Sequence record: PZ386957.1
Reading direction: 5' to 3' (one strand)
Source of the DNA: a phage
Length of the DNA stretch: 64,000 bases
Part shown: in pieces, positions 18,749-28,848 of the stretch
How the letters are laid out: every line of letters begins with the position of its first letter
Numbering within the stretch: the first letter of the stretch is position 1
The notes under the pieces: model-generated
What the model was told of the DNA's origin: nothing
Databases searched by the model: none
What the model saw: the letters and a program-made list of their open reading frames with translations, nothing else
Program-made: the position numbers and the translations under genes

Positions 18749-20221
18749 CTATCTCCATTCTCGTTTATATTTGCGGTCTTTATCAATCCACTGTTGCACC
18801 ATCTCTATTGATTCAGGATCATTTTCATCAAGGGTAAACCCTTTCTTCTTCATGCGGTATTTGAAACCATCAAATCTTTTAGCCTCATCACTGGTCATAT
18901 TATGTTTCTTTTTAAATGATTGCTTACTCTTACGTTGACCACAATCAAGCTGAATCATTTTATCAGTGATAATTTTTGCATTAGGGAAAAATTCTTTGAT
19001 GTATTCAGCCAAAGGCCAATCAGGAACATAGAGATTTACTTCCTGTGTTGATTCGTTATCACGCAAATTGCTACGGAGACACAACTGAAAAGCCGAATCA
19101 AGATAATCGGTTAAATGACGCGCATCAACAAAATCATTGACAGGAAGATCACAACTACGTGCTAATCCGCGAAGAATATCAATTTCCCACGGACGAGCGT
19201 TATAGCTATACAATACCGCAACATTAGTATGATGTATATAATAGTTAAGACCATGTGGACCATATGATAAGCGAACACCTTTACCGCGTGTTGCGTATTC
19301 ACGGTCTTTGTTTACTGTATAGATGAAATTATCACCACATTCATTTATAACCAGGTCAATCATCTTTTCAAATGTACCATTAACCTTAGATTGATTTCGT
19401 GACCATCTCTCGGAATCGGTCATCAAAATGATGTTAACCCGGTGAGTATTCTTATACTCAGTAAAATACAATCTAGATCTTAACTCACTTTCGACAAATT
19501 CGCAACCAACATAATGTTTAAGATACTTCCCGCTATATGTTCGTTCCAGTTCAGCACTTGCTATAGTGACTTTCTTGAAATTTTCCCATACATGATGCTT
19601 TGTGTCGTTCAGGAAAATAACCCGTGATCCATTTTCTCGATGGCCATCATTATGCTTCACCATAACGCGAATCTTACTATTCAATAACGCTCCATAAAGC
19701 GATGTAAGCGCACTATCGATATAATCTAACCCTTTCTTACCCTCATCTAGTTTTTGCTTGATATAGGGCGTTTCAGAAGGTTTTAGAATTAATTCCTGCA
19801 TATCTTCCGATTTATCGGCTATTGGTTCGCAATATTTCAGAATCATACCCAAATTAGATTTAAGTGCGCATTCTTCAAACTCAACCAATTTAGGAACTTC
19901 GTCAATATAAAGGCTATAATCATTGAATAGCTTAGAAGGTTCCAGCGAGGCAAGCGCGTTATGTGTAATAAACAACACATCAATATCATCTCTAAGAGAT
20001 TGAATAATAGACGCTTGCACTGTCATGTAACTTTTTAGTTTGCTGTCACTATCAATCAAGACAGCACGACCGCCTAACTTCATAAACTTATTGTAAGATT
20101 GTTCACTTAAAACACGCGTTGGTGAAGCAATAACCGCTTTTTCTTTTGTCTCTAGGACGTGGGAAAGAATTGCGTCAGTCTTCCCCGCTGCTGGTAATGC
20201 GATTAATGTTTCAATTTTCAT
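18749..20221 (-). CDS. P-loop NTPase of unknown function (possible helicase/ATPase)
   Basis: 490 aa; N-terminal Walker A ALPAAGKT and Walker B-like LYIDEVP; not assignable to a known T4 gene from memory. Confidence 0.65.
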   Translation of the reverse strand: MKIETLIALPAAGKTDAILSHVLETKEKAVIASPTRVLSEQSYNKFMKLGGRAVLIDSDSKLKSYMTVQASIIQSLRDDIDVLFITHNALASLEPSKLFNDYSLYIDEVPKLVEFEECALKSNLGMILKYCEPIADKSEDMQELILKPSETPYIKQKLDEGKKGLDYIDSALTSLYGALLNSKIRVMVKHNDGHRENGSRVIFLNDTKHHVWENFKKVTIASAELERTYSGKYLKHYVGCEFVESELRSRLYFTEYKNTHRVNIILMTDSERWSRNQSKVNGTFEKMIDLVINECGDNFIYTVNKDREYATRGKGVRLSYGPHGLNYYIHHTNVAVLYSYNARPWEIDILRGLARSCDLPVNDFVDARHLTDYLDSAFQLCLRSNLRDNESTQEVNLYVPDWPLAEYIKEFFPNAKIITDKMIQLDCGQRKSKQSFKKKHNMTSDEAKRFDGFKYRMKKKGFTLDENDPESIEMVQQWIDKDRKYKREWR

Positions 20222-20526
20222 TAGAAACCCTTACGTCGTGCTTTCTGGCATTTCTTGATCGCCTTATCCGAAATTTCACGTTTCGGGGCGATCTCTTTAA
20301 CGCCAAATGCTTTCACTCCAAATTCAGAAAGAATATATTCTACCATCAATTCACGCACACGCGCTTTACCGATATTCACACCATTATTTTTCAGATATTG
20401 CTGGCCTTCTACTTGCATAAGGTCCAGATCTGCATCAGTGATATTAATCTCTTCCATGCGTCCAAATCGAGAGTAAACCATGTGTGCGATTGCATTGTGT
20501 ACTAACATAATATATTCCTCACTCAA
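20221..20526 (-). CDS. hypothetical protein
   Basis: 101 aa ORF. Confidence 0.45.
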   Translation of the reverse strand: MSEEYIMLVHNAIAHMVYSRFGRMEEINITDADLDLMQVEGQQYLKNNGVNIGKARVRELMVEYILSEFGVKAFGVKEIAPKREISDKAIKKCQKARRKGF

Positions 20527-20529
20527 GAA

Positions 20530-20637
20530 TTACTTAATGATACTTACTTTACCAGATCCGTGACAATGAGCGCAACACCCATCACCACGCAATCCTGTTC
20601 CGTTACAGTGTTTACACTTCTTCAAAGGTAAAGCCAT
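20530..20637 (-). CDS. 35-aa zinc-ribbon mini-protein (two DnaJ-type CxxCxGxG motifs)
   Basis: Unlisted short ORF MALPLKKCKHCNGTGLRGDGCCAHCHGSGKVSIIK; two perfect CxxCxGxG motifs; no obvious Shine-Dalgarno. Confidence 0.35.
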   Translation of the reverse strand: MALPLKKCKHCNGTGLRGDGCCAHCHGSGKVSIIK

Positions 20638-20677
20638 TATGGCAAATAAAGCAATAATGAACACCGAAACTAAATTC

Positions 20678-20947
20678 TCAATAATCATAAATCGCCCTCA
20701 GTTCTTTATAGCCTCCAATGTGCTCGTTGTCAATGAATATCTGGGGGTATACAAATCGGAGGCTGTCTTTACCCAACCTCCCCGCCAGTTCTTCAATCAT
20801 ATCACGGTCGGGAATAATGTCAACCCCGACCTGCTTGAATACTGGTTTAAGTGTATACGGAATACCCAGATCATCCAGTAGCTTCATTGCACTAATACAA
20901 CCATAACAATGATAAGCCTCTTTCGGTATACCGTATATCTCGATCAT
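20678..20947 (-). CDS. glutaredoxin/NrdH-like small redoxin
   Basis: 89 aa; CxxC (CYGC) near N-terminus and C-terminal IGGY..L motif; in the T4 nrdH position. Confidence 0.65.
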   Translation of the reverse strand: MIEIYGIPKEAYHCYGCISAMKLLDDLGIPYTLKPVFKQVGVDIIPDRDMIEELAGRLGKDSLRFVYPQIFIDNEHIGGYKELRAIYDY

Positions 20948-21444
20948 TTCTCAGCCTTTAATCTTTCCAGTTCTTCTTCCAGTTCCTTGATGCGTTGTTC
21001 TCGTTCAAAATCACGCTGTAACTTAGTGGCGAATACTCGTTTAAACTGATTGTAATCATCGATTTTAAACACTTCTTCTTCGCCATAGCGACGTACAGAA
21101 ACTTCGTAGTTATTGAAGAATTGTTGCATCATTGCTTCGGATGATAGTTCTGCTGATACTACTTTAAAATATTGATCTTCTGTAGGCGAAAACCAATTGC
21201 AAGCATAAAGATAAACCTTTTCATTGTCTGGACACTGGTAAGCCTTACCATCGATTTCAATCACAGAAACATATTCAGGTATAGTAGATGAATCAATAGC
21301 TAAGACTTTAAACTGACGGTCCCCGATAAACTCGGAGATCGCACGATTCGCATCACTGATCGCAAATGCTTTACGCGCTTGTTCGTTTTTCCACTGATAG
21401 GTCATGCCAACAACAAACATATTACCAACCTCGCTCTTTACCAA
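20944..21444 (-). CDS. tandem-paralog family protein (one repeat domain plus coiled-coil tail)
   Basis: 166 aa; repeat-domain signature (G.TYQWK...F.V..ID....YVSVIEIDGKAY) shared with neighbouring genes; C-terminal charged helix. Confidence 0.6.
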   Translation of the reverse strand: MVKSEVGNMFVVGMTYQWKNEQARKAFAISDANRAISEFIGDRQFKVLAIDSSTIPEYVSVIEIDGKAYQCPDNEKVYLYACNWFSPTEDQYFKVVSAELSSEAMMQQFFNNYEVSVRRYGEEEVFKIDDYNQFKRVFATKLQRDFEREQRIKELEEELERLKAEK

Positions 21445-22255
21445 TCAAAAATTCAACTTCACGACGTTTAATGTCTTCTTGAAGGTCTTTAATCTTCTGG
21501 CGATCTTGCATGATTTCGTCCATTTTGTCAAGTGCTGCGATGAAATCATCGAAACGTTCAAAGGTTTTACCTTCATTTGCTTCGCCAAATTTAACCATTG
21601 TCAGGCCGTAACGACTACTAAACAGACGTTTCAACTGTCCAACGACCTTAGAATCATCGTTCACCTTTTCTTCTGGTTCTTTCACTGTTTCAACTTCACG
21701 AAAATATTTTCGTTCAAGCCCAACAAACCACACAGCATCAACATCATCATCAACACCCGCCGAATGAGGATTAAATGTTCCACAAGCATTATCATTATTG
21801 ACGTCGATCATAGTAACGAAACCAACAGAATCAACGGAAGATACCGTAAAAGTCTCATCTCCTATCCAATCAGCAATTTTACGGTTGATATTAGAACAGT
21901 GAGAAAACGTCACTTTTGCGTTTACATCTTTCCAAGTATAAGTTTTACCAACTTCCCATTTAGGAGGAACTTCTTCAACTTCACGAAAGAATTTTCTATC
22001 GAATGGACTAAAGAAATATGTTGATGTCCAAATGTCTTTTCCTGTAGCAGTTTTCGCCGTATGATAAACACCGTCTAGCTCTATTGCATCAATCCAACCG
22101 TTACCCTCGATCTCGATGATGGTAAATGGCTTGTCACCAATAGCTACACTAATATCGCTGTTAAGTGGAGAAAGACAACCGTCTACGTTAGTAATAAACT
22201 CAGTTTTAGCGTTTTCGTCTTTCCAAGTGTAAGTTTTACCAATTTCCCATTTCAT
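21422..22255 (-). CDS. tandem-paralog family protein (two repeat domains)
   Basis: 277 aa; internal duplication KWEIGKTYTWKDENAK... and KWEVGKTYTWKDVNAK..., each ending [DE]RK[FY]FREVE. Confidence 0.65.
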   Translation of the reverse strand: MKWEIGKTYTWKDENAKTEFITNVDGCLSPLNSDISVAIGDKPFTIIEIEGNGWIDAIELDGVYHTAKTATGKDIWTSTYFFSPFDRKFFREVEEVPPKWEVGKTYTWKDVNAKVTFSHCSNINRKIADWIGDETFTVSSVDSVGFVTMIDVNNDNACGTFNPHSAGVDDDVDAVWFVGLERKYFREVETVKEPEEKVNDDSKVVGQLKRLFSSRYGLTMVKFGEANEGKTFERFDDFIAALDKMDEIMQDRQKIKDLQEDIKRREVEFLIGKERGW

Positions 22256-22267
22256 AATATAATCCTC

Positions 22268-22747
22268 TTAACCGATTTTATCAAGTTCGTTTAATGCTTT
22301 CTCTGCTTCCTGTATAGCTTGCACCCTTTCCGGCATTTTGTCAAGAAAATCTTTCAACTCTTCAAAACTGGAGATATGACGCAAGGCGTTAGCACCGATA
22401 GCCGCATGTGATTTGCATTCAAAGCGAATTTTATAATTATCCATCGCCAACTTGAGAAGATCAATTAGTTTAGATTCTTCTGGAATAATAATTTCTTCAA
22501 ATCTGCTACGGTCATGATCCAGAAACCAACAAGATAGACCTACATCGGTTGAACTCATATAAGTTCCATCATGAAGATATACAGACCGCACGTATCCTTT
22601 TTTCGCATCAACCGACGCAACTTTAAACGGTAATCTCAGATATTTCAAATAATCAACATCATACCATTTAAAAAATTGGTTTGCATCTTTTACATCTTTC
22701 CACGCATAGGTCTTACCAGCTTCCCATTTCATAATATCATCTCTCAT
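22268..22747 (-). CDS. tandem-paralog family protein
   Basis: 159 aa; KWEAGKTYAWKDVKDANQF start of repeat domain; helical tail. Confidence 0.6.
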   Translation of the reverse strand: MRDDIMKWEAGKTYAWKDVKDANQFFKWYDVDYLKYLRLPFKVASVDAKKGYVRSVYLHDGTYMSSTDVGLSCWFLDHDRSRFEEIIIPEESKLIDLLKLAMDNYKIRFECKSHAAIGANALRHISSFEELKDFLDKMPERVQAIQEAEKALNELDKIG

Positions 22748-23276
22748 TTTTGATACGTGATTCTAATTGGATCATACGGTCGCGCGTTTGCTTGTATTCA
22801 CGGATAGCACCGATCCGGCTAGGCATACCATCTAGGACGCTCTTAATCCCTTCTAGGGTAGTGATTTTAGCAATGCTATTATGTAACCCCATCTTATCGA
22901 TCAACTGAATGTCGTAGGCTTCCATAAGCAGTCCCAGACGTTCTAAGGTTAAATCTTGTTCTTTATCTTCTTCCGATTCTGGAATCTTAGGTTCAATAGT
23001 AACTTCGGTAAAGAAACGACGCTCACCACCCCAAAACCACACACCGGAACAGTCAATAGGGGATTCTTTTAAAGTCATGGAGTCGAAATCACTACCAATA
23101 ATAGTAATTTCTCTAACATCACCATCGTCGTCAATGTCTTCTACCTTAAACGGGCGACCAGCCAACAGGTCCATAATACATCTGTTAATACCAGACGAAA
23201 ATTTAGTCAGTTCGGCTTTCGACGCTTCGCATTCAATCTTGTAAGTTTTACCAACTTCCCATTCCATAATAATCAC
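22737..23276 (-). CDS. tandem-paralog family protein
   Basis: 179 aa; EWEVGKTYKIECEASKAEL and ERRFFTEV repeat-domain signature. Confidence 0.6.
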   Translation of the reverse strand: MIIMEWEVGKTYKIECEASKAELTKFSSGINRCIMDLLAGRPFKVEDIDDDGDVREITIIGSDFDSMTLKESPIDCSGVWFWGGERRFFTEVTIEPKIPESEEDKEQDLTLERLGLLMEAYDIQLIDKMGLHNSIAKITTLEGIKSVLDGMPSRIGAIREYKQTRDRMIQLESRIKNER

Positions 23277-23277
23277 C

Positions 23278-23787
23278 TCAAATAATTTTCACTGGAATAC
23301 TATTAACAATCTTGTATTGTACTTGATTGTCAGACCCCCGCCACGGCTTCTTCGTTGGCATATCTTTAATATAACGCCCATCGATGAACATGTCAACTGA
23401 TTCTACAATTTTTCTTTGCTCATCATTCAATTGGTCAAGGGTATAACCGGACCATAGCCAAATATCTTTATTTGGCATCCATGATTTTACTTCATCGATG
23501 ATCCGCTGTACACCCTTTAAATTGCGTTTATACAGTGGATCACCACCTAAGAATGTTAGCCCCTGAATAAAATCAGGTCTAAGCAGATCCAGAATCAATC
23601 CCATTGTATCATCGGTGAATGGTTCCCCGTTCTTAGGATTGAGTAGGCTAGCATTAAAGCAACCATCACATGCGTGTGAACATCCGGTAACGTAAAGGGA
23701 GACTCTCACTCCCTCACCGTTAACCATATCACAATCTTTAATATCGGCATAGCGTAGTTTGCCGTATGTATCAGAACTCATATTCAA
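23278..23787 (-). CDS. nrdG: anaerobic ribonucleotide reductase activating protein NrdG (radical SAM)
   Basis: 169 aa; radical SAM cluster motif CSHACDGC; size and position match T4 NrdG. Confidence 0.88.
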   Translation of the reverse strand: MNMSSDTYGKLRYADIKDCDMVNGEGVRVSLYVTGCSHACDGCFNASLLNPKNGEPFTDDTMGLILDLLRPDFIQGLTFLGGDPLYKRNLKGVQRIIDEVKSWMPNKDIWLWSGYTLDQLNDEQRKIVESVDMFIDGRYIKDMPTKKPWRGSDNQVQYKIVNSIPVKII

Positions 23788-23923
23788 TTACCCCGAACTC
23801 GTTTACAATCTGCGCTTTATAGTAACCACCGCGAGATGCTAATAGATAAGCTGGGCTTAGGTATTCGTATTCACGGATTTCTACTTGTGCGTTTTCAGTT
23901 TCCCAAATCAGTAAAGTCCACAT
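23771..23923 (-). CDS. hypothetical small protein
   Basis: ORF track 23771..23998 trimmed to ATG 23923 (AGGAGA RBS) because the longer start would lie upstream of its own promoter. Confidence 0.4.
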   Translation of the reverse strand: MWTLLIWETENAQVEIREYEYLSPAYLLASRGGYYKAQIVNEFGVIEYEF

Positions 23924-23965
23924 ATTTGATTCTCCTGTAAAGTTGTATCTCGTCTTGATGAATAT

Positions 23966-23994
23966 AGTATAGGGGATCTCGCGATCCCCGTCAA
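23966..23994 (-). promoter_or_regulatory. sigma70-type early promoter
   Basis: Minus strand TTGACG-17-TATACT; spacer contains palindrome GGGGATCGCGAGATCCCC. Confidence 0.55.
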
Positions 23995-23998
23995 GCAT

Positions 23999-24547
23999 TT
24001 ATTTTAAATTTTTTCGAATGTATTCAGACCATTCCTTCCCTGTCAGTTCGGTCCCATTCTGGAAACTGAAATATTCATACGGCATCGAGTCAAGATAAAA
24101 CAGGATCATACATCGCGCCATATAATACCAATCACGATTAAAGTAAACTACGTTATCACCAGTACCATCAACCCCTTTATCATAACCATCGCTGGTACGG
24201 GCGACCCATTGAATAGTATCATTTTTCTCACGGATAGTCACAGGTTCCCAATATCCAGCACATCCAGCATGACCACACGAACAAGTAAGGAAATATTGCC
24301 CTTTTGCTTTGTTGTCATCCCATTCACGATGGATTGGTTCGATCTCGTGAAACAGTGCCAAACAATCATGATTATGCAACACTGGCTTACCATCAATCAA
24401 TGCATGGAATGTATACAAACGACCCGTAGACAAATAGCTATCCTCACGCTCAACCAGTTCAATAGCAATCTTTTTAGCTCGTTCTTTGTGTCGTTGTGCT
24501 TTACGCTTACGGTTTAATGATTTCATATTCACCTCACACATTATCAA
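23999..24547 (-). CDS. hypothetical protein (Cys/His-rich)
   Basis: 182 aa ORF between nrdD and nrdG; CSCGHAGCAGY motif. Confidence 0.55.
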   Translation of the reverse strand: MIMCEVNMKSLNRKRKAQRHKERAKKIAIELVEREDSYLSTGRLYTFHALIDGKPVLHNHDCLALFHEIEPIHREWDDNKAKGQYFLTCSCGHAGCAGYWEPVTIREKNDTIQWVARTSDGYDKGVDGTGDNVVYFNRDWYYMARCMILFYLDSMPYEYFSFQNGTELTGKEWSEYIRKNLK

Positions 24548-25083
24548 AGGTCGCGATATAGTACATTATGAAAATGAGAACTTGCATTACCAATATTGTA
24601 GATAACAAATTCTTCATCCGGCGCTTGCGCTACAAATTGAGTATGAGCAACCGCTACGACTTTAAAAATACGATCCGTGATCTTGTGCTTAATTTCTGCC
24701 CCTACTTCCATAGGAACATATTCATTTGTTTCTGTTTCAGTCGCAAAACAGCCATCTTCTTCATAAGCACGAACAAATCGGTCGCAATCAGTACGCTTAA
24801 CAAATTCAAGAGTATATAATTCTCGTGAATTGTCGGTATAGACCAATACAGAATTATTATGATAGCGAATCACATACAGGTTATTATCATCGTCAATTAC
24901 GCAAAAGCTACGGATTCCTTCGCCTTGACTCCAGCAGATATTAACCACCGTTCCTCTAATAAAAAAACTTTCCTTTAAATTAAAACTAGTCAATGTGCTA
25001 GCGTGCATTTTAACAACAACACCATCACCAATTTCCAGTTTACGAAGTTTAACTTCTTTGCTCAGTACACAAAACATCATCAT
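24544..25083 (-). CDS. hypothetical protein
   Basis: ORF track 24544..25131 trimmed to ATG 25083 (the MMMF start) downstream of the promoter at 25112-25139. Confidence 0.55.
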   Translation of the reverse strand: MMMFCVLSKEVKLRKLEIGDGVVVKMHASTLTSFNLKESFFIRGTVVNICWSQGEGIRSFCVIDDDNNLYVIRYHNNSVLVYTDNSRELYTLEFVKRTDCDRFVRAYEEDGCFATETETNEYVPMEVGAEIKHKITDRIFKVVAVAHTQFVAQAPDEEFVIYNIGNASSHFHNVLYRDL

Positions 25084-25111
25084 ATTGTCCTCTCTTTGTT
25101 TCGATGTGAGC

Positions 25112-25139
25112 ATTATACATGAGCTAATCATGTTGTCAA
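25112..25139 (-). promoter_or_regulatory. sigma70-type early promoter
   Basis: Minus strand TTGACA-16-TATAAT directly after the nrdD terminator. Confidence 0.55.
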
Positions 25140-25155
25140 CACCCCAAAACGAAAA

Positions 25156-25177
25156 AGCCGACCCTTTCGGATCGGCT
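25156..25177 (-). terminator. rho-independent terminator after nrdD
   Basis: AGCCGATCCGAAAGGGTCGGCT hairpin followed by a U-tract on the minus strand. Confidence 0.6.
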
Positions 25178-25182
25178 AAAAA

Positions 25183-27045
25183 TTACATGTGCTTAACGCG
25201 GTTTACCATCTCGGAGTGTTTCCCGTGGTTAAATGGACGCAGATCAACAGATCCAAGATATCCACTAACGCGGCGGATAACATTCATCTTTTCCAGATTG
25301 TCATTGCCGCAATCAGGGCAAACAAAACCAGACTCGGTCGCTCTCATTTCCTTATTAGATCCGCATACATGACATACATCAGAAGGAGTATTAACACCGA
25401 AGTAGTGCAATTTATCCATTGCATAGTCTACTACAGTTTCAAGACCTTTCAGGTTGTTTTTCATGTCTGGGAACTCAACATAAGAGATCATGCCACCGGA
25501 CGCCAGACAGTGATAATCTTTCTCAAAGTCGATTTTCTCAAACGGTGTAACCTTCCGGTCTACGTCAAGGTGGAATGAGTTGGTGTACCAGTCTTTATCG
25601 GTAGCACCCTTAACAATACCAAATTGCTCTCGGTCCAGTCGATTAAATCGATAGCAAAGGCTCTCGGCTGGCGTACCGTAAAGACTAAAACCAAGTCCGG
25701 TTTCGTCCTTCCATTTTTCAGTATAATGACGCAAGATCTTAAGAATATGTTTACCGTATCGCTGCGCATCTTCCGAATCAAACGGATGAACACCAAACAG
25801 GACGCTCAATACCTCATGTAAACCAATATACCCAAGAGAGATACTAGCGCGACCATCTTTCAGCACTTCCAAAATTTCATCGTTTTGATGAATACGGAAA
25901 AATGCACCTTCGGTATACAGTACAGGGGCAACATTGGCTTTAGCACCTTTTAAAGCGTCTACGCGACTCATGAGAGCATCAAAACAAATAGGCATACGAT
26001 TAGCTAGCTCTTGTTCGAATAGCTCAATTCTGCGCATTACAGACGCTTTACCAGCACGACGCGCGGCAATAAGGGCAATACGCGGAAGATTCAGAGTCAC
26101 AACACCCAAGTTATTACGTCCGTCTAATACTTCTTCGCCTTTCTCATTATGCCACACACCCAGGAAGCTACGACAACCCATCGGGCTAACCGGAACACTA
26201 GATCCGGTGATACTACGGTTATTCTTCGCAGAGATATAATCAGGGTAAAGACGCTTACTAGAACATTCCAATGCAAGTTGCTTAATGTCGTAGTTCGGAT
26301 CTTCCGGTTTAAGGTTTAATCCTTCTTCTAAGAACATCACCAGCTTAGGAAACACCGGAGTTATACCATCTTTACCTAAACCTTTAGTTCGAACTTTCAG
26401 GATCGCTTTCTGAATCAGTTTTTCTTCCCAGCTAGTACCCATACCAAAGGTTAAAGTCACAAAAGGCGTTTGACCGTTGGTGGAGAACAAAGTGTTGATT
26501 TCATATTCCAACGCTTGATACCCGTCTAAAGTTTCTTTTTCTGTCTTCTCTTGTGCATAGAGAGTATCAGCTTTGATTCCGTAGGTTTCGGCATCAGCAA
26601 GGTGTTTATGATATGTTTTCTCAACATACGGTGCTAACACCTGATCGATGTTTGCAATTGTGGTCCCGCCATATTGATGACTTGCCACCTGTGCGATAAT
26701 TTGAGCGGTTACAGCACAAGCAACGCCGATTGATCTCGGACTTTCGATTTGTGCACTACCCAATTTAAAACCATTCTCTAACATGTCCTTGAGATTAACA
26801 AGACAGCAGTTAGTAAACGGCATAGCGGGTGCATAATCCATATCATGATAATGAATATCACCGTCTACATGCGCTTTATAGATGTGCTCAGGTAACACGG
26901 TTTTAGCAATCTGTTTAGACACAGCGCCAGCAATCAGATCTCGACGTGTCGGGAATGTTCGCGCGTCTTTGTTCGCGTTCTCTTTGCTTACTTCGTTTTC
27001 TTTACCCGTTGCAATCTCTGTAATGTCTTTGATTAGTTTTTCCAT
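25183..27045 (-). CDS. nrdD: anaerobic ribonucleoside-triphosphate reductase NrdD (glycyl radical enzyme)
   Basis: 620 aa uninterrupted; C-terminal glycyl-radical motif RRVSGYLGS and CxxC...CxxC zinc site (CHVCG, CPDCG). Confidence 0.92.
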   Translation of the reverse strand: MEKLIKDITEIATGKENEVSKENANKDARTFPTRRDLIAGAVSKQIAKTVLPEHIYKAHVDGDIHYHDMDYAPAMPFTNCCLVNLKDMLENGFKLGSAQIESPRSIGVACAVTAQIIAQVASHQYGGTTIANIDQVLAPYVEKTYHKHLADAETYGIKADTLYAQEKTEKETLDGYQALEYEINTLFSTNGQTPFVTLTFGMGTSWEEKLIQKAILKVRTKGLGKDGITPVFPKLVMFLEEGLNLKPEDPNYDIKQLALECSSKRLYPDYISAKNNRSITGSSVPVSPMGCRSFLGVWHNEKGEEVLDGRNNLGVVTLNLPRIALIAARRAGKASVMRRIELFEQELANRMPICFDALMSRVDALKGAKANVAPVLYTEGAFFRIHQNDEILEVLKDGRASISLGYIGLHEVLSVLFGVHPFDSEDAQRYGKHILKILRHYTEKWKDETGLGFSLYGTPAESLCYRFNRLDREQFGIVKGATDKDWYTNSFHLDVDRKVTPFEKIDFEKDYHCLASGGMISYVEFPDMKNNLKGLETVVDYAMDKLHYFGVNTPSDVCHVCGSNKEMRATESGFVCPDCGNDNLEKMNVIRRVSGYLGSVDLRPFNHGKHSEMVNRVKHM

Positions 27046-27089
27046 TGTATCACCTATGAAAAAGCGGGATTTCTCCCGCTCGTTGATAG

Positions 27090-27584
27090 TTATTTTACCA
27101 GTTCTGCTAATTCTTTTTCCGCCGCTTCCAGTTCAGCTTTCAGTTGTTTGATCTCTTGTCGCTTCTTATTAGCGGCTTCCTGCTTACTATTTCGGATAAC
27201 CTGATCTAGATACAACTCCCAATCCTGAATATTTTTGATAATGTAGCCGTCAACATTAATTGGTCGGAGATTCAGTACAGCTTCCAGTTTAGTTGCAAAA
27301 ACTTTAATTGCTGGGGTGAAGTATTCATATTCGTTATCTTCAAACCAATAACCTAGACTTGCATTCTCAATACGAAGATGAAGTTTAAGATCAAGGTCTT
27401 TATCATCGGTATATAGGTCTTTTACACACCCCATAGAATTAACAACAACTTTAAAACGAATTTTATCTACACCACCAAAAACATCTTCAAGAATATCAGC
27501 AATTGAGCTATTAGCGCAAGATTGGTCGCTGAATGCGTCAAGGTTTTCTTTAGTTACAGTATACCAAACATCTTGTACCCACAT
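27090..27584 (-). CDS. hypothetical protein, related to the tandem-paralog family
   Basis: 164 aa; shares the VFATKL segment and C-terminal coiled-coil with the 20944..21444 protein. Confidence 0.55.
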   Translation of the reverse strand: MWVQDVWYTVTKENLDAFSDQSCANSSIADILEDVFGGVDKIRFKVVVNSMGCVKDLYTDDKDLDLKLHLRIENASLGYWFEDNEYEYFTPAIKVFATKLEAVLNLRPINVDGYIIKNIQDWELYLDQVIRNSKQEAANKKRQEIKQLKAELEAAEKELAELVK

Positions 27585-27615
27585 AATATAATCCTCTCGT
27601 TGTTAAGTGGGAGTA

Positions 27616-27643
27616 TTATAGCATACTCCCTTCGCATGTCAAG
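27616..27643 (-). promoter_or_regulatory. sigma70-type early promoter
   Basis: Minus strand TTGACA-16-TATAAT; -10 lies inside inverted repeat GGGAGTAT..ATACTCCC. Confidence 0.6.
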
Positions 27644-28817
27644 CACTAACTTTTTTCTTTACTGCTTTCACCTTCTGGCGAATTGCTCGAATCTCTTCGA
27701 TCTCTTTTTCAGTCTCTTTAACAATTTCTTTGCGATTCTGAATATCTGTATCGAGATTATCATCAAGTTTAGGCAGCATGTCAATCAAGAACTTTTTAAA
27801 GTCTTTCAGGTTTCGAATAACAGCACCTTCGCCCATTACCGCAACACCCACACCATCCGGCAGATCACCAAACAGCTTAACCAGTTCAGACAGATGATCA
27901 TGATCTTCTAGTGCTTCTTCCGGTTCAGATGGCAGTTCAACAAAGTTATAACGTTCATCATTGCTGATCAAGTGATACCAGCAAAGCCCGAAAGATTTCG
28001 GTGTATATTCTACACCATCAATTTCAACCGCGTCAACACTTCCATAATCATCTACTTTAGTTACCTTAAATCCTTGTCCCAGCTTTTGAACAATTTCAAC
28101 AACATGACTTGATACAGTTTCAGCGGTAAACCAATATGGCAAATTATGCTGATTTGGCTTGTAGCGTTCACCTACTTTAAATCTCTGACCATCCGCTTGC
28201 ATAGAATGAAATTGTTGTTTCGTGATTTCCGCGAAGTATTCAAATTCGCCACCATCAAACACACAAGCCCATTGATCACAAAAACGATCTGCCTTAACAG
28301 TTTCACCTTTCGCGGTGATCATGGTAGCTGATCCGTGCAATTCTTCTTCAACTAAAAAGCCATATTCGACAAAATCAACAAGTTTCATAGCTTCTTTGTG
28401 ATCTGGATCATGCTCTCCCCAGAATCGCTTAAATTCTTGCAAACCTTCTGGGGTAAACGAATAACATTTACCTTTTTCAAAGTAAGTCGGCATTGCATCC
28501 TCTTTCTTGTTCATCGCTTCGTATGCCTCTTTTGAGATGCGTTTAAAGTATTTACGCTCATTGTGCATAATCATAGTAGCCCAATAATCAACAATATCAT
28601 TAGCGGAATAAACTACATCTCCAGCTTCAATAGTAATAACATGACCGTGGTCATCTTTTTCTAATACTTTAAAGCCCTTTTCTACGATTTCAGCAACCCG
28701 AATATGACCACGGCGCGAAGCATCGGTCAGAATAATTGAATAGCGAGAAAAGTCTAGAAACTCATCTTTACCGCCTTCACGGAATGCATAGTAATGACCT
28801 TCAAAGAATTTAGCCAT
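27639..28817 (-). CDS. tandem-paralog family protein (three repeat domains)
   Basis: 392 aa; three internal copies of the roughly 85-aa repeat domain, each ending in an ERKYF-like motif; C-terminal lysine-rich helix. Confidence 0.65.
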   Translation of the reverse strand: MAKFFEGHYYAFREGGKDEFLDFSRYSIILTDASRRGHIRVAEIVEKGFKVLEKDDHGHVITIEAGDVVYSANDIVDYWATMIMHNERKYFKRISKEAYEAMNKKEDAMPTYFEKGKCYSFTPEGLQEFKRFWGEHDPDHKEAMKLVDFVEYGFLVEEELHGSATMITAKGETVKADRFCDQWACVFDGGEFEYFAEITKQQFHSMQADGQRFKVGERYKPNQHNLPYWFTAETVSSHVVEIVQKLGQGFKVTKVDDYGSVDAVEIDGVEYTPKSFGLCWYHLISNDERYNFVELPSEPEEALEDHDHLSELVKLFGDLPDGVGVAVMGEGAVIRNLKDFKKFLIDMLPKLDDNLDTDIQNRKEIVKETEKEIEEIRAIRQKVKAVKKKVSA

Positions 28818-28848
28818 AATATAATCCTCTCGTTGTTTAGATGGGAGT

